This document shows, piece after piece, positions 1 to 9,369 of a stretch of DNA of 64,000 nt. Under the pieces are notes generated by a model. The model saw only the letters and a program-made list of their open reading frames with translations. It made no database searches and had not been told where the DNA came from. Origin of the DNA: Thainema sp. (GTDB lineage: Bacteria > Cyanobacteriota > Cyanobacteriia > Phormidesmidales > Phormidesmidaceae); assembly GCA_052168235.1 (NCBI GenBank), contig JBQLZK010000001.1:1-64000 (forward strand), given 5' to 3'. Within the stretch, counting starts at the first letter, position 1, and each line of letters starts with the position of its first letter. The position numbers and the translations under genes are program-made.

Positions 1-56
1 AACAAGGGATCTGCGATTCTCTGATAGGTTCGTACAAAACCCCTACAGGATTAGCG

Positions 57-200
57 TTAGGATGGCTGATTGATCGCAAACAGCGAGCGGTTTACATTTA
101 TCGGCCTAATCAAGCACCTGAACTGCTGAATAACCCCGATGAAGTCAGCGGCGACCCCGAATTACCGGGGTTTAGATTATCGATGGCAAAGATTTGGTAG
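57..200 (+). pseudogene. C-terminal fragment of a Uma2/DUF820 family endonuclease
   Basis: My translation LGWLIDRKQRAVYIYRPNQAPELLNNPDEVSGDPELPGFRLSMAKIW* matches the typical Uma2 C-terminus. The in-frame upstream residues (QGICDSLIGSYKTPTGLA) do not resemble the expected KMxEYxxNG segment, so it is probably truncated. The window edge limits certainty. Confidence 0.6.
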
Positions 201-360
201 CCATTAATAGAGAATTAAGAGGATTTGTTCGCGCAGCGTCTCTACAGCCAGTTACCCAGCAGCACAAACGGTGCCCAGAAAAACGGATGAACGTAGCATT
301 TAACTGGCTGGGCATCTGCACCAAGCACAGCAGCCAATCTCTGCAAGCTGATCTACAAAC

Positions 361-1416
361 TCAAGGGTGGATTGTGCCATCTGGCATGGTTGCCCCATGT
401 AGACAAGCGCCCTCCAAATTTGCGTCCCAGAGATTAGCCTGGGTCAAGTTGGCATAACTCAAGTTAGCGTAAGCTAAATTAGCTCCTTGCAAATTAGCGC
501 GGCTTAGATCGACTTTGATTAAATGCGCCTCTTGTAAATTGGCCTTACTCAAAATGCTCTCGCGCAAATCTCCATCACTCAGTATCGCCCCCTGCAAATC
601 GGCTCCGTAAAGATTGGCCGAGATCAGATTCGTGCCAATTAAGGTTGACTGCATTAGATTAGCCTGGCTCAGGTTGGCCGTACAGAGATTTGCCATGCTG
701 AGATTGGCCAGCGTCAGATTGGCACTGTGTAGCGTAGCCCCGACTAAGTTAGTTAAACAAAAAACAGCGGCGGTAAAATTGGCGGCGCGGGCATTGACAC
801 CCTGCAGATTCGCCTGACTAAACGTGGCTTCTCGTAAGTCCGCCTGGCTCAAATCCGCATACTTAAGCGTGGCACCTCGCAAGTTAGCCGTATAAAGCGT
901 CGCGCCCCGCAGATCAGCCTGGGTTAGATCAGCGCCTTCAAACTGGGCTAAGCAGCCGTCAATCTGGGATAGCTTAGCCTGGTTGAGATTGGTACGTTTG
1001 AGGCTGGCCTGCCGTAAATTGGCATGGGCTAAATCGGCCATGCTCAGTACAGCAACATTTAACGTGGCTTGCTCTAGATCGGCTTCGCGCAGGTCAGCTT
1101 CGCGCAGATCGGCTCCAGCCAGATTCGCCTGCTTGAGTTTAGCCTGACTCAGATCAGCAGTGTAGAGTAGCGATTCTCGCAGATTGGCATATTCCAAGTT
1201 CGCCCCTCGGAGATGCCCCATGCAGCAGTCGGTTTGGCTCAGATCAATCTGACGCAAATCGGCATGACTGAGCAACACTTCCCGTAAATCCAACAGGGAT
1301 GGAGATGATGACAGATTAGATGAAACATCAGGTGAACTACGGGCATATCTAGCCTGCCGCCATTGGTTCCAAACGGATACACCTTGATGAAGGCGAGCGA
1401 GATTTTCCTCCTGCAT
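361..1416 (-). CDS. Pentapeptide repeat protein
   Basis: Long run of A(D/N)Lxx repeats, with N-terminal LxxGVxxWNQWR and C-terminal GATMPDG. Start placed at MQEENL (1416) rather than the ORF-track start at 1458. Confidence 0.92.
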   Translation of the reverse strand: MQEENLARLHQGVSVWNQWRQARYARSSPDVSSNLSSSPSLLDLREVLLSHADLRQIDLSQTDCCMGHLRGANLEYANLRESLLYTADLSQAKLKQANLAGADLREADLREADLEQATLNVAVLSMADLAHANLRQASLKRTNLNQAKLSQIDGCLAQFEGADLTQADLRGATLYTANLRGATLKYADLSQADLREATFSQANLQGVNARAANFTAAVFCLTNLVGATLHSANLTLANLSMANLCTANLSQANLMQSTLIGTNLISANLYGADLQGAILSDGDLRESILSKANLQEAHLIKVDLSRANLQGANLAYANLSYANLTQANLWDANLEGACLHGATMPDGTIHP

Positions 1417-1608
1417 GTCAGACCTCTTCAGCAGCTGAGAGTGTGAGTTTAATAACAACGGAAAGTCCGTTTTGATTCAGACCGTATTCTTGATATGTCT
1501 ATCCTCTCTCCAGGAAGGTTCCCTCACCAAGAGATCCGGTACTAAATTGCTATAAAACTTGATGAGGCTAGGGATTGGTTTATAGAAGCTTTAACTAGAT
1601 GATGTAAG

Positions 1609-1627
1609 AACTGTAAAGGGTTGTAAA
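1609..1627 (-). promoter_or_regulatory. HLR1-like (RpaB/OmpR-type) direct repeat
   Basis: Minus strand reads TTTACAAC-CC-TTTACAGT, two mismatches from (G/T)TTACA(T/A)(T/A)-N2 x2. It lies in a divergent promoter region. Confidence 0.35.
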
Positions 1628-2039
1628 GAGATAAAAGAGATGACAAGCAGTAAATGAGTCATTATGTGGTCTGTGCAGAGTTGCAGAATAATGTAGCGTA
1701 ATTTACCGGATAGATGGCAATTTTACGGGCTTCTGATCAAGTTTCCGAAAAATTAGCGGTTGTGACTGAAGGTTTAAAGTAGACAATTTTGCTGACCGTG
1801 AGTCTTGATCAAGGTTTGTATGGCAAGAGCCTGTTGCGTACTCATGGAAATGATGATGCGGACAATGACGGTCAGATGATCATGTCAGCGTCAAATGACA
1901 TTGCAACATGACGTTAAATCTTGGCGATCGCTGTTGAGAAGCTGCTGTTCAGGTGCAACCTAAAGAATAAGCGCGACAGGATTGCTGTTTGATTGCTGCT
2001 ATACGACTGCTTTGTTAATTACTTCATTACCCTACTCCA

Positions 2040-3629
2040 ATGAATAAGAGGCTTGATCCCGCCCTGGTGCTATCGTTTGCGGTTACGGTTGGCTTGCTGG
2101 GAGGCGGTGTATGGCTGCTAGATAAAACTGCTCCTGGATTGATGAGTAACTTAACTGGCTCAACGCCAGTGCAATCGGTTTCGGACGGAACCGGGCTGAA
2201 TCCGCGATCGCAAACTCAGTTGCGAATTCTGGGTGATACATTCAGCGGCTACAGCACGTTTCGTAATGGCACATTTCAGGATGGTTTGCAGGAACTGGGG
2301 CTGTCGCTGGAATACGCTGACGAGTTCGATCAGGCCAAGCGAGCAGAACAGCTCAATAAGGGGCAAGCTGACCTGATCGTGACAACGCTGGATCAGTTTT
2401 TGCAGCAGCAGCCCAACGGCAAAATCGTCGGTTTAATTGACCGGACGGTGGGCGCAGATGCGGTGGTGCTCAATACCAAGCAGTTCCCTAATCTCAAGTC
2501 GCTGCTGGATTTGCAGCCGCTGATTGCCGCCTCTCGTCAACAGGGCAAAGCGCTCGGTATTGCTTTTGCTGGTGATACCCCCAGCGAGTATTTGGCGCTG
2601 GTATTGGACACCAAGTTTGATGCCTTTAACCTGTCGGATTTTGAGCAAACCCGCGTAGCCGATGCGTCGGAAGCGTGGGAACTGATGCAAGATCCGGATA
2701 GCAATGTTGCGATCGCAGTTTTATGGGAACCCTACGTCGCCCAGGCACGGCAGCAGGGTTACACTGTCGTTCTGTCTAGCGAGGACGCGCCCAACTCGAT
2801 TGTGGATGTGATTGTCGCGTCGGATCGGGTGCTGCAATCTCAGCCAGTTCAGGTGCAGACTTTTCTGGAAGCCTACTATCGCCGCATTGATACCAACGTG
2901 CGCGATGCCGCCCAACTCCAGCAGCAGATTGCTGAAGACGGTTCGTTATCTACCGCTGATGCCGCCGCGATTATTCAGGGCATTGACTTTTTCTCGGCTG
3001 CCGAGGCGCAAACCTGGCTGAGTGACGGCACGCTAAAGCGCCGAATTGAAGCGACGGCGGCTGTTCTGACGCTGTCGGGTCGATTGAACGGTGTGCCAGA
3101 GCAGCCGGAATCGCTCTATACGGGCGACCTGATTGCTAAAGCCGCGAGCAATACCCAAACACTGATTGATTTGGTGCGGGCCGACAATCCCGAACTGGCC
3201 GATCGCTTAGCGGGACAGGGGCAAACCGTTGGCGCAGCCGTGCCCCAGCTTACAGCCACGCAGGTTCAGGCCGCCCCGGATATCGGCAACCTGGACGTGC
3301 GCGGCAAGGTAGAGTTTGGTACTGGCGCAGCTCAACTCACGGCTACGGGCCAGCAAACTCTACAGCAGCTTGCCCAGGAGGTAAAAGAGTTTAACCCGCA
3401 AACGGTGGCGGTGCGGGTGATTGGGCATACCTCGCGTTCGGGTGGTGCGGCGTTTAACCAAAATCTCAGCCAGCAGCGGGCACAGGTGGTGGTCAACTAT
3501 CTGCGATCACAGGGTATTCAGCACAATATCATCGCGGAGGGCAAAGGCTGGACGGAGCCGCTGTCGGGGATTGATCCGGCAAATGCTCAAAATCAGCGCA
3601 CTGAAATTCGATTGGTGCGAGTGAATTAA
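2040..3629 (+). CDS. Membrane-anchored NMT1/THI5-like substrate-binding domain fused to an OmpA C-terminal domain
   Basis: N-terminal TM helix; PBP2-like segment (GDTFSGY, DRTVGADA, WEPY); C-terminal OmpA motifs VIGHT...NQNLSQQRAQVVVNYL...NQRTEI. Confidence 0.85.
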   Translation: MNKRLDPALVLSFAVTVGLLGGGVWLLDKTAPGLMSNLTGSTPVQSVSDGTGLNPRSQTQLRILGDTFSGYSTFRNGTFQDGLQELGLSLEYADEFDQAKRAEQLNKGQADLIVTTLDQFLQQQPNGKIVGLIDRTVGADAVVLNTKQFPNLKSLLDLQPLIAASRQQGKALGIAFAGDTPSEYLALVLDTKFDAFNLSDFEQTRVADASEAWELMQDPDSNVAIAVLWEPYVAQARQQGYTVVLSSEDAPNSIVDVIVASDRVLQSQPVQVQTFLEAYYRRIDTNVRDAAQLQQQIAEDGSLSTADAAAIIQGIDFFSAAEAQTWLSDGTLKRRIEATAAVLTLSGRLNGVPEQPESLYTGDLIAKAASNTQTLIDLVRADNPELADRLAGQGQTVGAAVPQLTATQVQAAPDIGNLDVRGKVEFGTGAAQLTATGQQTLQQLAQEVKEFNPQTVAVRVIGHTSRSGGAAFNQNLSQQRAQVVVNYLRSQGIQHNIIAEGKGWTEPLSGIDPANAQNQRTEIRLVRVN

Positions 3630-3650
3630 TATTCTCTCAGGTTCATTTAC

Positions 3651-3717
3651 GTAGGGGCGTTAGCGTAGCCATGCCCAACGGGCTATATGGCCATTCGCCC
3701 CTACCATTCGCCCCTAC
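3651..3717. repeat. GTAG...CTAC REP-like palindrome with an internal insertion and a 13-bp tandem duplication
   Basis: gtaggggcg...atggccattcgcccctac followed by a second cattcgcccctac. Related to the intact palindrome at 25134. Confidence 0.7.
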
Positions 3718-3743
3718 CGTATGCGTTTAACTAAACTAACTGC

Positions 3744-4388
3744 CTAAAGCAGGTGAATGTTAGAGAAGTTAAATTCAGTAGTGGTGATTTCGCCTTGGGC
3801 GGTGGCTCGAATCACCTGGCGAGTCATCAGGTAGTAGTCACCGAACGGCTCATAGGTGTCTTCAAATTCCATTTCGCGCATGACGGCTTGGGTTTCGGGA
3901 TTGCGGAAAATGGCGTCGTAGCGGCTGGAGACATAGCCACTGCCCGTGTCTAGGCTGGTTTTGTGATCAATGGTGAAAGCCATGCGACCCATGACGCGGC
4001 TGACTTGAGCAATTTCTTGGCCTTTCACTTTGTAGTTTGAGCCCATGGCGTCGCCCGTGACCAGGATCTCGACTGCGCCATTTGCGTCGGTTTCACCAAA
4101 GGCAAAGCTGTTTTTGCCGTGCGCCTTTTCAAACGTGTTGCGCTTGCGGTGCGTGACAATGTCCCGCATTTGCGTGTAGGCGGATTCTTGCACCTTTTCG
4201 TCTTCAAAACCGCTCACTTCAACGGTCATATCTTTGGCGATGCGAACCTGTCCGGTGTGAACTTCGTCGCCCTGCTTGATTTCGAGATCAGCTTCGTAGC
4301 CAGGAAAGTTGTCGTCCCAGGTGTAGCGGTTTTCGTAAGCGGCGCGAAACACGTCTTGAGCGCTGCGCTGCATCGTTTGTTCAGCCAT
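3744..4388 (-). CDS. DUF3386 domain protein
   Basis: AxDVFRAAYENRYTWDxNFPGY motif; GGAG RBS upstream of MAEQ. Confidence 0.85.
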   Translation of the reverse strand: MAEQTMQRSAQDVFRAAYENRYTWDDNFPGYEADLEIKQGDEVHTGQVRIAKDMTVEVSGFEDEKVQESAYTQMRDIVTHRKRNTFEKAHGKNSFAFGETDANGAVEILVTGDAMGSNYKVKGQEIAQVSRVMGRMAFTIDHKTSLDTGSGYVSSRYDAIFRNPETQAVMREMEFEDTYEPFGDYYLMTRQVIRATAQGEITTTEFNFSNIHLL

Positions 4389-4456
4389 GTAATAATCTCC
4401 CATTGTGCGTAATCGTCTGTTCCCTATCTTAAACTGGGATGCCAAAGTGCGCCGCC

Positions 4457-6169
4457 TTAGCTAGCTTGCACCAGTGCCGCAAAGTCATCCGATGAGAGGG
4501 GACGCCCGGTGTAATAGCCCTGGACGAGATCGCACTGTTGCGATCGCAAAAAGTCGAACTCAGCTTCGGTCTCAACCCCTTCAGCCACCACCTCTAAATA
4601 AAGCTGATGAGCCATGTGAATCACGGCGCGGGTAATCGCTTCATTTTTCGGATCATCCACCACATTTCGCACAAAGCAGTTATCTAGCTTCAGCGTGTCA
4701 ATGGGGAACAGCTTGAGATAGTTCAGTGACGAATATCCCGTGCCAAAATCATCAATCGCCACCTTAATCCCTAACTGTTTCAGCTCATGGAGGACAGTTG
4801 CGGTGATATCGGTATCTTGAACTAGCGTTGTTTCCGTCAGTTCGAGTTCTAGATGTTGTGGGTTGAGCCCAGAATGCTGGAGGGCATGGACGATCATGCC
4901 GACTAAATCCGGTTGGCTAAACTGATAGCCTGAAATATTGACCGACAGGTGGAGCGGCTGATCCGATAGTTCGGTTTGCCAGCGCTGGGCTTGGCGACAG
5001 GCTGTGTTTAACACCCATTCTCCAATTGGTACAATCAGCCCAGTTTCTTCCGCCAATGGAATAAAGGCTTGGGGTGAAATCGGCCCATGTTCGGGGTGAA
5101 ACCAGCGAATCAGTGCTTCTGCGCCCGCTAGCTTGCCCGTCATTGGATTAACCTGGGGCTGATAGTAAATTTCGAATTCATTCCGTCGGAGTGCATATTG
5201 CAAATAGGTTTCTAGCCGCAGTTGATCATCCGGCAGCAGTTCTAAATCAGATGTAAACAGCTTGTAGTGGTTTCCCTTCTGCTGTTTGGCGTGATACATG
5301 GCGGCATCAGCTTTGCGCAACAGCTCACTAATTTCGCGACCGTGGTCGGGATACAACACGCCCCCAATACTGGCGGTGACAAAAATCTCCTGACCAGCAA
5401 TGCGAAATGGATGGGCCAGCGTCAGCAGAATGGCCTGAATAATCAATTCCACATCGCGGCGCGAGCTAATTTCTGTGAGCACTACGGCAAACTGACTACC
5501 GGTTAATCGAGCTAGTGTATCGCTGAGGCCAATGCAGTCTACCAACCGCTGGGCTACGGCTCGCAGCAGTTCATCTCCGTAGGGATAGCCCATTAAGTTA
5601 TTAATTTGGTTAAGGCGGTTGACGCTGAGGTAGAGGACTGCTACGGGTTGCTCTTCCCGAATGATTTGATTGAGCGCTTGATAGAATCGCTCTCGAAACA
5701 GCAGGTGGTTGGGCAAATCTGTCAAACTATCGTAATGAACCAACCGATTCAGGCGTTCGGCAGCATGGCGCATGACAGCGGCATATCGTTCGTTAAGAGC
5801 GGCCCGCTGGGATAGTCTTGCCTGAATGGAACCGAGTAGTTGAGAAAGGGTAAATGGTTCAATCAAAACGTCATCAGCGCCTAGTTCCATGCCTTGTCGC
5901 ACACGAGTTTGATTGGGATCAGCCGCAATCAGAATTACCGGAATGAGGGCGGTATCAATATGGCTGCGAATTTGAACCAGCACTCGGTAGCCGTCAGTAT
6001 CGGGTAACGATAGATGACACACAATCAGATCAGGATGGGAAGATTGTGCGATTCTTACTCCTTCATGGCCATTTGGCGTAGAGAGAATATTAAAGTTAGC
6101 CGATTCGATAAAACTAATTGTGCGATCTTGCAGTCGATCTGTAGCTCCAATCATCAAAATGGTTTTCAT
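4457..6169 (-). CDS. REC-GGDEF-EAL protein, probable c-di-GMP phosphodiesterase
   Basis: Receiver-like N-terminus, YDSLTDLPN, degenerate LARLTGSQF, intact EALIRW and DDFGTGYSSL. Confidence 0.92.
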   Translation of the reverse strand: MKTILMIGATDRLQDRTISFIESANFNILSTPNGHEGVRIAQSSHPDLIVCHLSLPDTDGYRVLVQIRSHIDTALIPVILIAADPNQTRVRQGMELGADDVLIEPFTLSQLLGSIQARLSQRAALNERYAAVMRHAAERLNRLVHYDSLTDLPNHLLFRERFYQALNQIIREEQPVAVLYLSVNRLNQINNLMGYPYGDELLRAVAQRLVDCIGLSDTLARLTGSQFAVVLTEISSRRDVELIIQAILLTLAHPFRIAGQEIFVTASIGGVLYPDHGREISELLRKADAAMYHAKQQKGNHYKLFTSDLELLPDDQLRLETYLQYALRRNEFEIYYQPQVNPMTGKLAGAEALIRWFHPEHGPISPQAFIPLAEETGLIVPIGEWVLNTACRQAQRWQTELSDQPLHLSVNISGYQFSQPDLVGMIVHALQHSGLNPQHLELELTETTLVQDTDITATVLHELKQLGIKVAIDDFGTGYSSLNYLKLFPIDTLKLDNCFVRNVVDDPKNEAITRAVIHMAHQLYLEVVAEGVETEAEFDFLRSQQCDLVQGYYTGRPLSSDDFAALVQAS

Positions 6170-6922
6170 CTCCAGTTCCAGTCACTGCACCCTTGAGCGT
6201 TCAAAATGTCAGAAATATAAATCGTCGTCATAGCGATTTGGCCGTTATTGGGCATGGGGGCAGTGATCTGTGCTCTGTGTTTGTTGAGTCGTCTATGAAA
6301 ATGAGGGCAATGATCGAGTTCGCTGCACGTTGGTCAGCAACGCAGGTGCTAACGATTGCCAACGATCCAGATCCTGCCCAATGTTAGACATTAAACCGAT
6401 GAAATATAGACTTGGCGAGTGAACCGATATGCAAGGATTGCGATGAGCAACTGTGGTGGGCAATTGCGATCGCAACATCACCTCGTTTACGGTTCTGCCA
6501 ATCACTGCCAGACCCTGCACAAAATACCAGATCTGGCCGATATGAAATACTACATATGGCGTATGCGATCGGTATGGCCTATCTGCTACATACACTTCCC
6601 TGAAATATCGCAGCCAGCAAGGTTGCTCCTCGTAAATTCACGGAACTTTTAATAACTTCCTGCCTATTGACCAAAATCCGCTTCATAATCCGACCGTAAA
6701 ACGCTGCACGATGGCGTCAAATCAAGATAACGCTACTCCATAGCCGTAGTGAGATGGAATCCGTTCGAAAATCCATCATTCTCTTAAAAACAACTGGTGT
6801 TGCGTTAACGACTTCAATACCAACTTGAGATCGAGTGCAAGCATTGTACCGAAATGTGCTCCCTTTTTTAGCAAGGGCGTCATCCCACGGTTGCGTTAGG
6901 TATTACAGCTGAGGGCTGGTTT

Positions 6923-7015
6923 TATAGGGGTTCTAGATAAGAACGAGAGAGGAGAGTGCCTCATCCTGAGGCACTCTCCTCTCTCGTTCTCTCACTCTTA
7001 ACTGGAATCACTATA
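6923..7015. mobile_element. 93-bp MITE-like element (TATAG...CTATA ends, 24-bp internal hairpin)
   Basis: Terminal IR tataggggttctagataag / cttaactggaatcactata (15/19 match). Perfect internal IR at 6940-6963 / 6967-6990 with loop tcc. Confidence 0.6.
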
Positions 7016-7286
7016 GGTTTGAGGTATTGGGTGTCGGGGAGCCTCGTAGTAGCGCGGCCAGCTTAATTTGCTGGGTAAGGTGAGTAGTGCCCACTCTACA
7101 AAATCGCTGTTTTAAAGAATGGGACAACCCTGCATTTTAGGCGTGTCGCGCTAGTAGATTAAGTTGAGAGATGGAAACCACCAACTTTTCGTGACTATTC
7201 ATTGCAATCGTTGTAGGCTTCACAAGCTCAATCCGACCTCTAGCTAAGTATTGATTGCTGAGTCTTGATAGCCTCTGCTGAAGCCC

Positions 7287-8762
7287 TTACGCCTCAAGCC
7301 TGACAATCAAATTGGCTGCAATTTTGCCCGAGTTCATCACGCCTGGAATGCCTGCGCCGGGATGGGTGCCTGCACCCACTAGATATAGATTGGGAATGTC
7401 TTCGCTGCGGTTGTGGGGTCGGAACCAGGCGGATTGGAATAAGGTGGGCTCAATCGAAAAGGCGCTGCCCTTGTAGCTGTTCAATTCATCGCGAAAATGC
7501 AGCGGGTCGATATGGTGCTCCGTGACAATGTGCTGCGACAAATTGGGCAGGTAGCGGTCTTCCAAGTACTGGATAATGCGATCGCGATAGGGTTTTGCCT
7601 GCACTGTCCAGTCAATGTTGGCGTCTAAGTGGGGCACGGGTGATAACACATACCAAGAGTCGCAACCGGGTGGAGCCAACGAGGGATCGGTGGCGGTGGG
7701 TCGGTGCAGGTACAGCGAAAAATCATCGGCCAGAACTTTGCGATTGAAAATATCGTCCATTAGGTCCTGATAGCGTGGCCCCATGAGGATTTCGTGGTGA
7801 GCTATCTCGTCATAGCGGCGGTTGGTGCCAAAGTAGAGGACGAAGAGGGACATGGAGTAGCGTTTAGTAGTGAGGGTGCGATCGCAGTTTTTGCGGCGAT
7901 CGGCAGCGGGCACTAGCTGCATGTAGGTATACGCGACATCGGCATTGCTGATGACGACATCGGCGGGAATTGTTTCGTCGGTGGTGAGTCGTAAACCTAT
8001 TGCGCGGTTTGTTGTCTTATTGATCAGAATTTCTGCCACGGATGTATTGAGTCGCAGCGTGCCGCCCAGATCGTGAAACAGCTTGACCAGACCGTTGACC
8101 AGTGCACCCGTGCCACCCATTGCAAACCAGATACCAAATGCCTGCTCCAGCTTGTGGATCATGGCGTAGATGGTTGTACTTTGGAAGGGATTGCCGCCAA
8201 TCAGCAAGGGGTGGAAGCTAAACACCTGCCGCAAACGCTCGTCTTTCAGGTACTGATTCACGAGACCCGCAACGGAATGCCAGGTTTGTAGCTGTGCCAT
8301 ATCGGGAGCCACTTTCAACATGTCAGCGAACTGCAAAAAGGGCTGCTCCATCAGCGGCAGTCCCTTTTGAAAGATGCGCTCGGCCATCTGATAAAAGCGC
8401 TCATATCCCGCTACGTCACTGGGATTAAACTGGCGGATTTGCTCAACCAGCGCTTTGGCATCGTCGCTGTAGCGGAACACCGAGCCGTCTTCAAACCGCA
8501 CGTTATAAAACGGGTCAAGCCGCACCAACTGCACATAATCCTCGGTGCGCTTGCCGCTCAGCTCAAACAGTTCATGAATGAGCTGCGGCACGGTAATAAT
8601 CGTCGGCCCACCGTCAAACGTAAAGCCGTCTTGCTCATAGACATAGGCTCGACCACCGGGCTTGTCTCGTTTTTCGACGATTGTGACCTGATGCCCCTGC
8701 GCCTGAAGTCGAATCGCGGCGGAAAGTCCACCAAAACCACTGCCGATGACTGCAATTTGCAT
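7287..8762 (-). CDS. crtI: Bacterial-type phytoene desaturase (CrtI family)
   Basis: GxGxxG Rossmann motif, EKRDKPGGRAYVYEQDGFTFDGGPT, FSFHPLLIGGNPF, GGTGALV, DFSLYLH, NLYLVGAGTHPGAGIPGV. Colinear with Pantoea-type CrtI as I recall it. Confidence 0.85.
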   Translation of the reverse strand: MQIAVIGSGFGGLSAAIRLQAQGHQVTIVEKRDKPGGRAYVYEQDGFTFDGGPTIITVPQLIHELFELSGKRTEDYVQLVRLDPFYNVRFEDGSVFRYSDDAKALVEQIRQFNPSDVAGYERFYQMAERIFQKGLPLMEQPFLQFADMLKVAPDMAQLQTWHSVAGLVNQYLKDERLRQVFSFHPLLIGGNPFQSTTIYAMIHKLEQAFGIWFAMGGTGALVNGLVKLFHDLGGTLRLNTSVAEILINKTTNRAIGLRLTTDETIPADVVISNADVAYTYMQLVPAADRRKNCDRTLTTKRYSMSLFVLYFGTNRRYDEIAHHEILMGPRYQDLMDDIFNRKVLADDFSLYLHRPTATDPSLAPPGCDSWYVLSPVPHLDANIDWTVQAKPYRDRIIQYLEDRYLPNLSQHIVTEHHIDPLHFRDELNSYKGSAFSIEPTLFQSAWFRPHNRSEDIPNLYLVGAGTHPGAGIPGVMNSGKIAANLIVRLEA

Positions 8763-9095
8763 GGTTGCCTAGAATCCAACTGAACTGAACAGATAGCCAC
8801 CATTAAAGCGATCGTGGCTGAGATAGATTTAGAGAGGACATGGGTTGAACCAAAAAGCTGCGAAAAATTGGCATAACAGCCCCGTTACACACCGACCATT
8901 TAAAGCTGGTGGGTTGAGAGTGTGAGGTTATTGGCGGCGGGTGAACAGGAGCGCTATGCTGCTCAGGTTGTCTGTGGGGACAAACCTGAGAGCTTACCCA
9001 TCAGTATTGAGAGTCCAAGTCAATGCAAATGCAATGAGAGCAGCTTACTCTCCAAGAACTTTAGCTCAACGCATATTGACTACTTTTGAAGCACT

Positions 9096-9251
9096 TTACT
9101 GCTTTTGGCGTTCTTGCAACGCTTTATCAATTAATTTTGCCACCAGCCATGAGACAGACCGTTCATCTGTCTGTGCCCATTCCTCCAGTTCTTTTTTGCG
9201 CTCAGCAGGAATGTAAGCAACCACTCGATCTAAATCTGTTTTACCGCCCAT
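9096..9251 (-). CDS. Ribbon-helix-helix (CopG-like) DNA-binding protein, 51 aa, absent from the ORF track
   Basis: My translation MGGKTDLDRVVAYIPAERKKELEEWAQTDERSVSWLVAKLIDKALQERQKQ* shows the beta strand (RVVAYI), helix, and RSVS-helix RHH pattern. Confidence 0.8.
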   Translation of the reverse strand: MGGKTDLDRVVAYIPAERKKELEEWAQTDERSVSWLVAKLIDKALQERQKQ

Positions 9252-9369
9252 TTTAAGTTTTACTTTCGCGTTTTCTTATATCTAAGATACCAACAATAGC
9301 CTAGCCTGTGTTGTGCTGTGCCTTGCTGTGCTAGCATAGCATAGCGTGAAATAATCAAGGCTTTTATCC

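Noticed and set aside
6193..6652. Several overlapping 60-100 aa ORFs
   Set aside because: No motifs or clear RBS, and they overlap each other; treated as intergenic.
8932..9010. tggcggcggg resembles the reverse complement of a tRNA 3' end, with a nearby hairpin
   Set aside because: No T-loop (GTTCRA) at the expected spacing and no cloverleaf.
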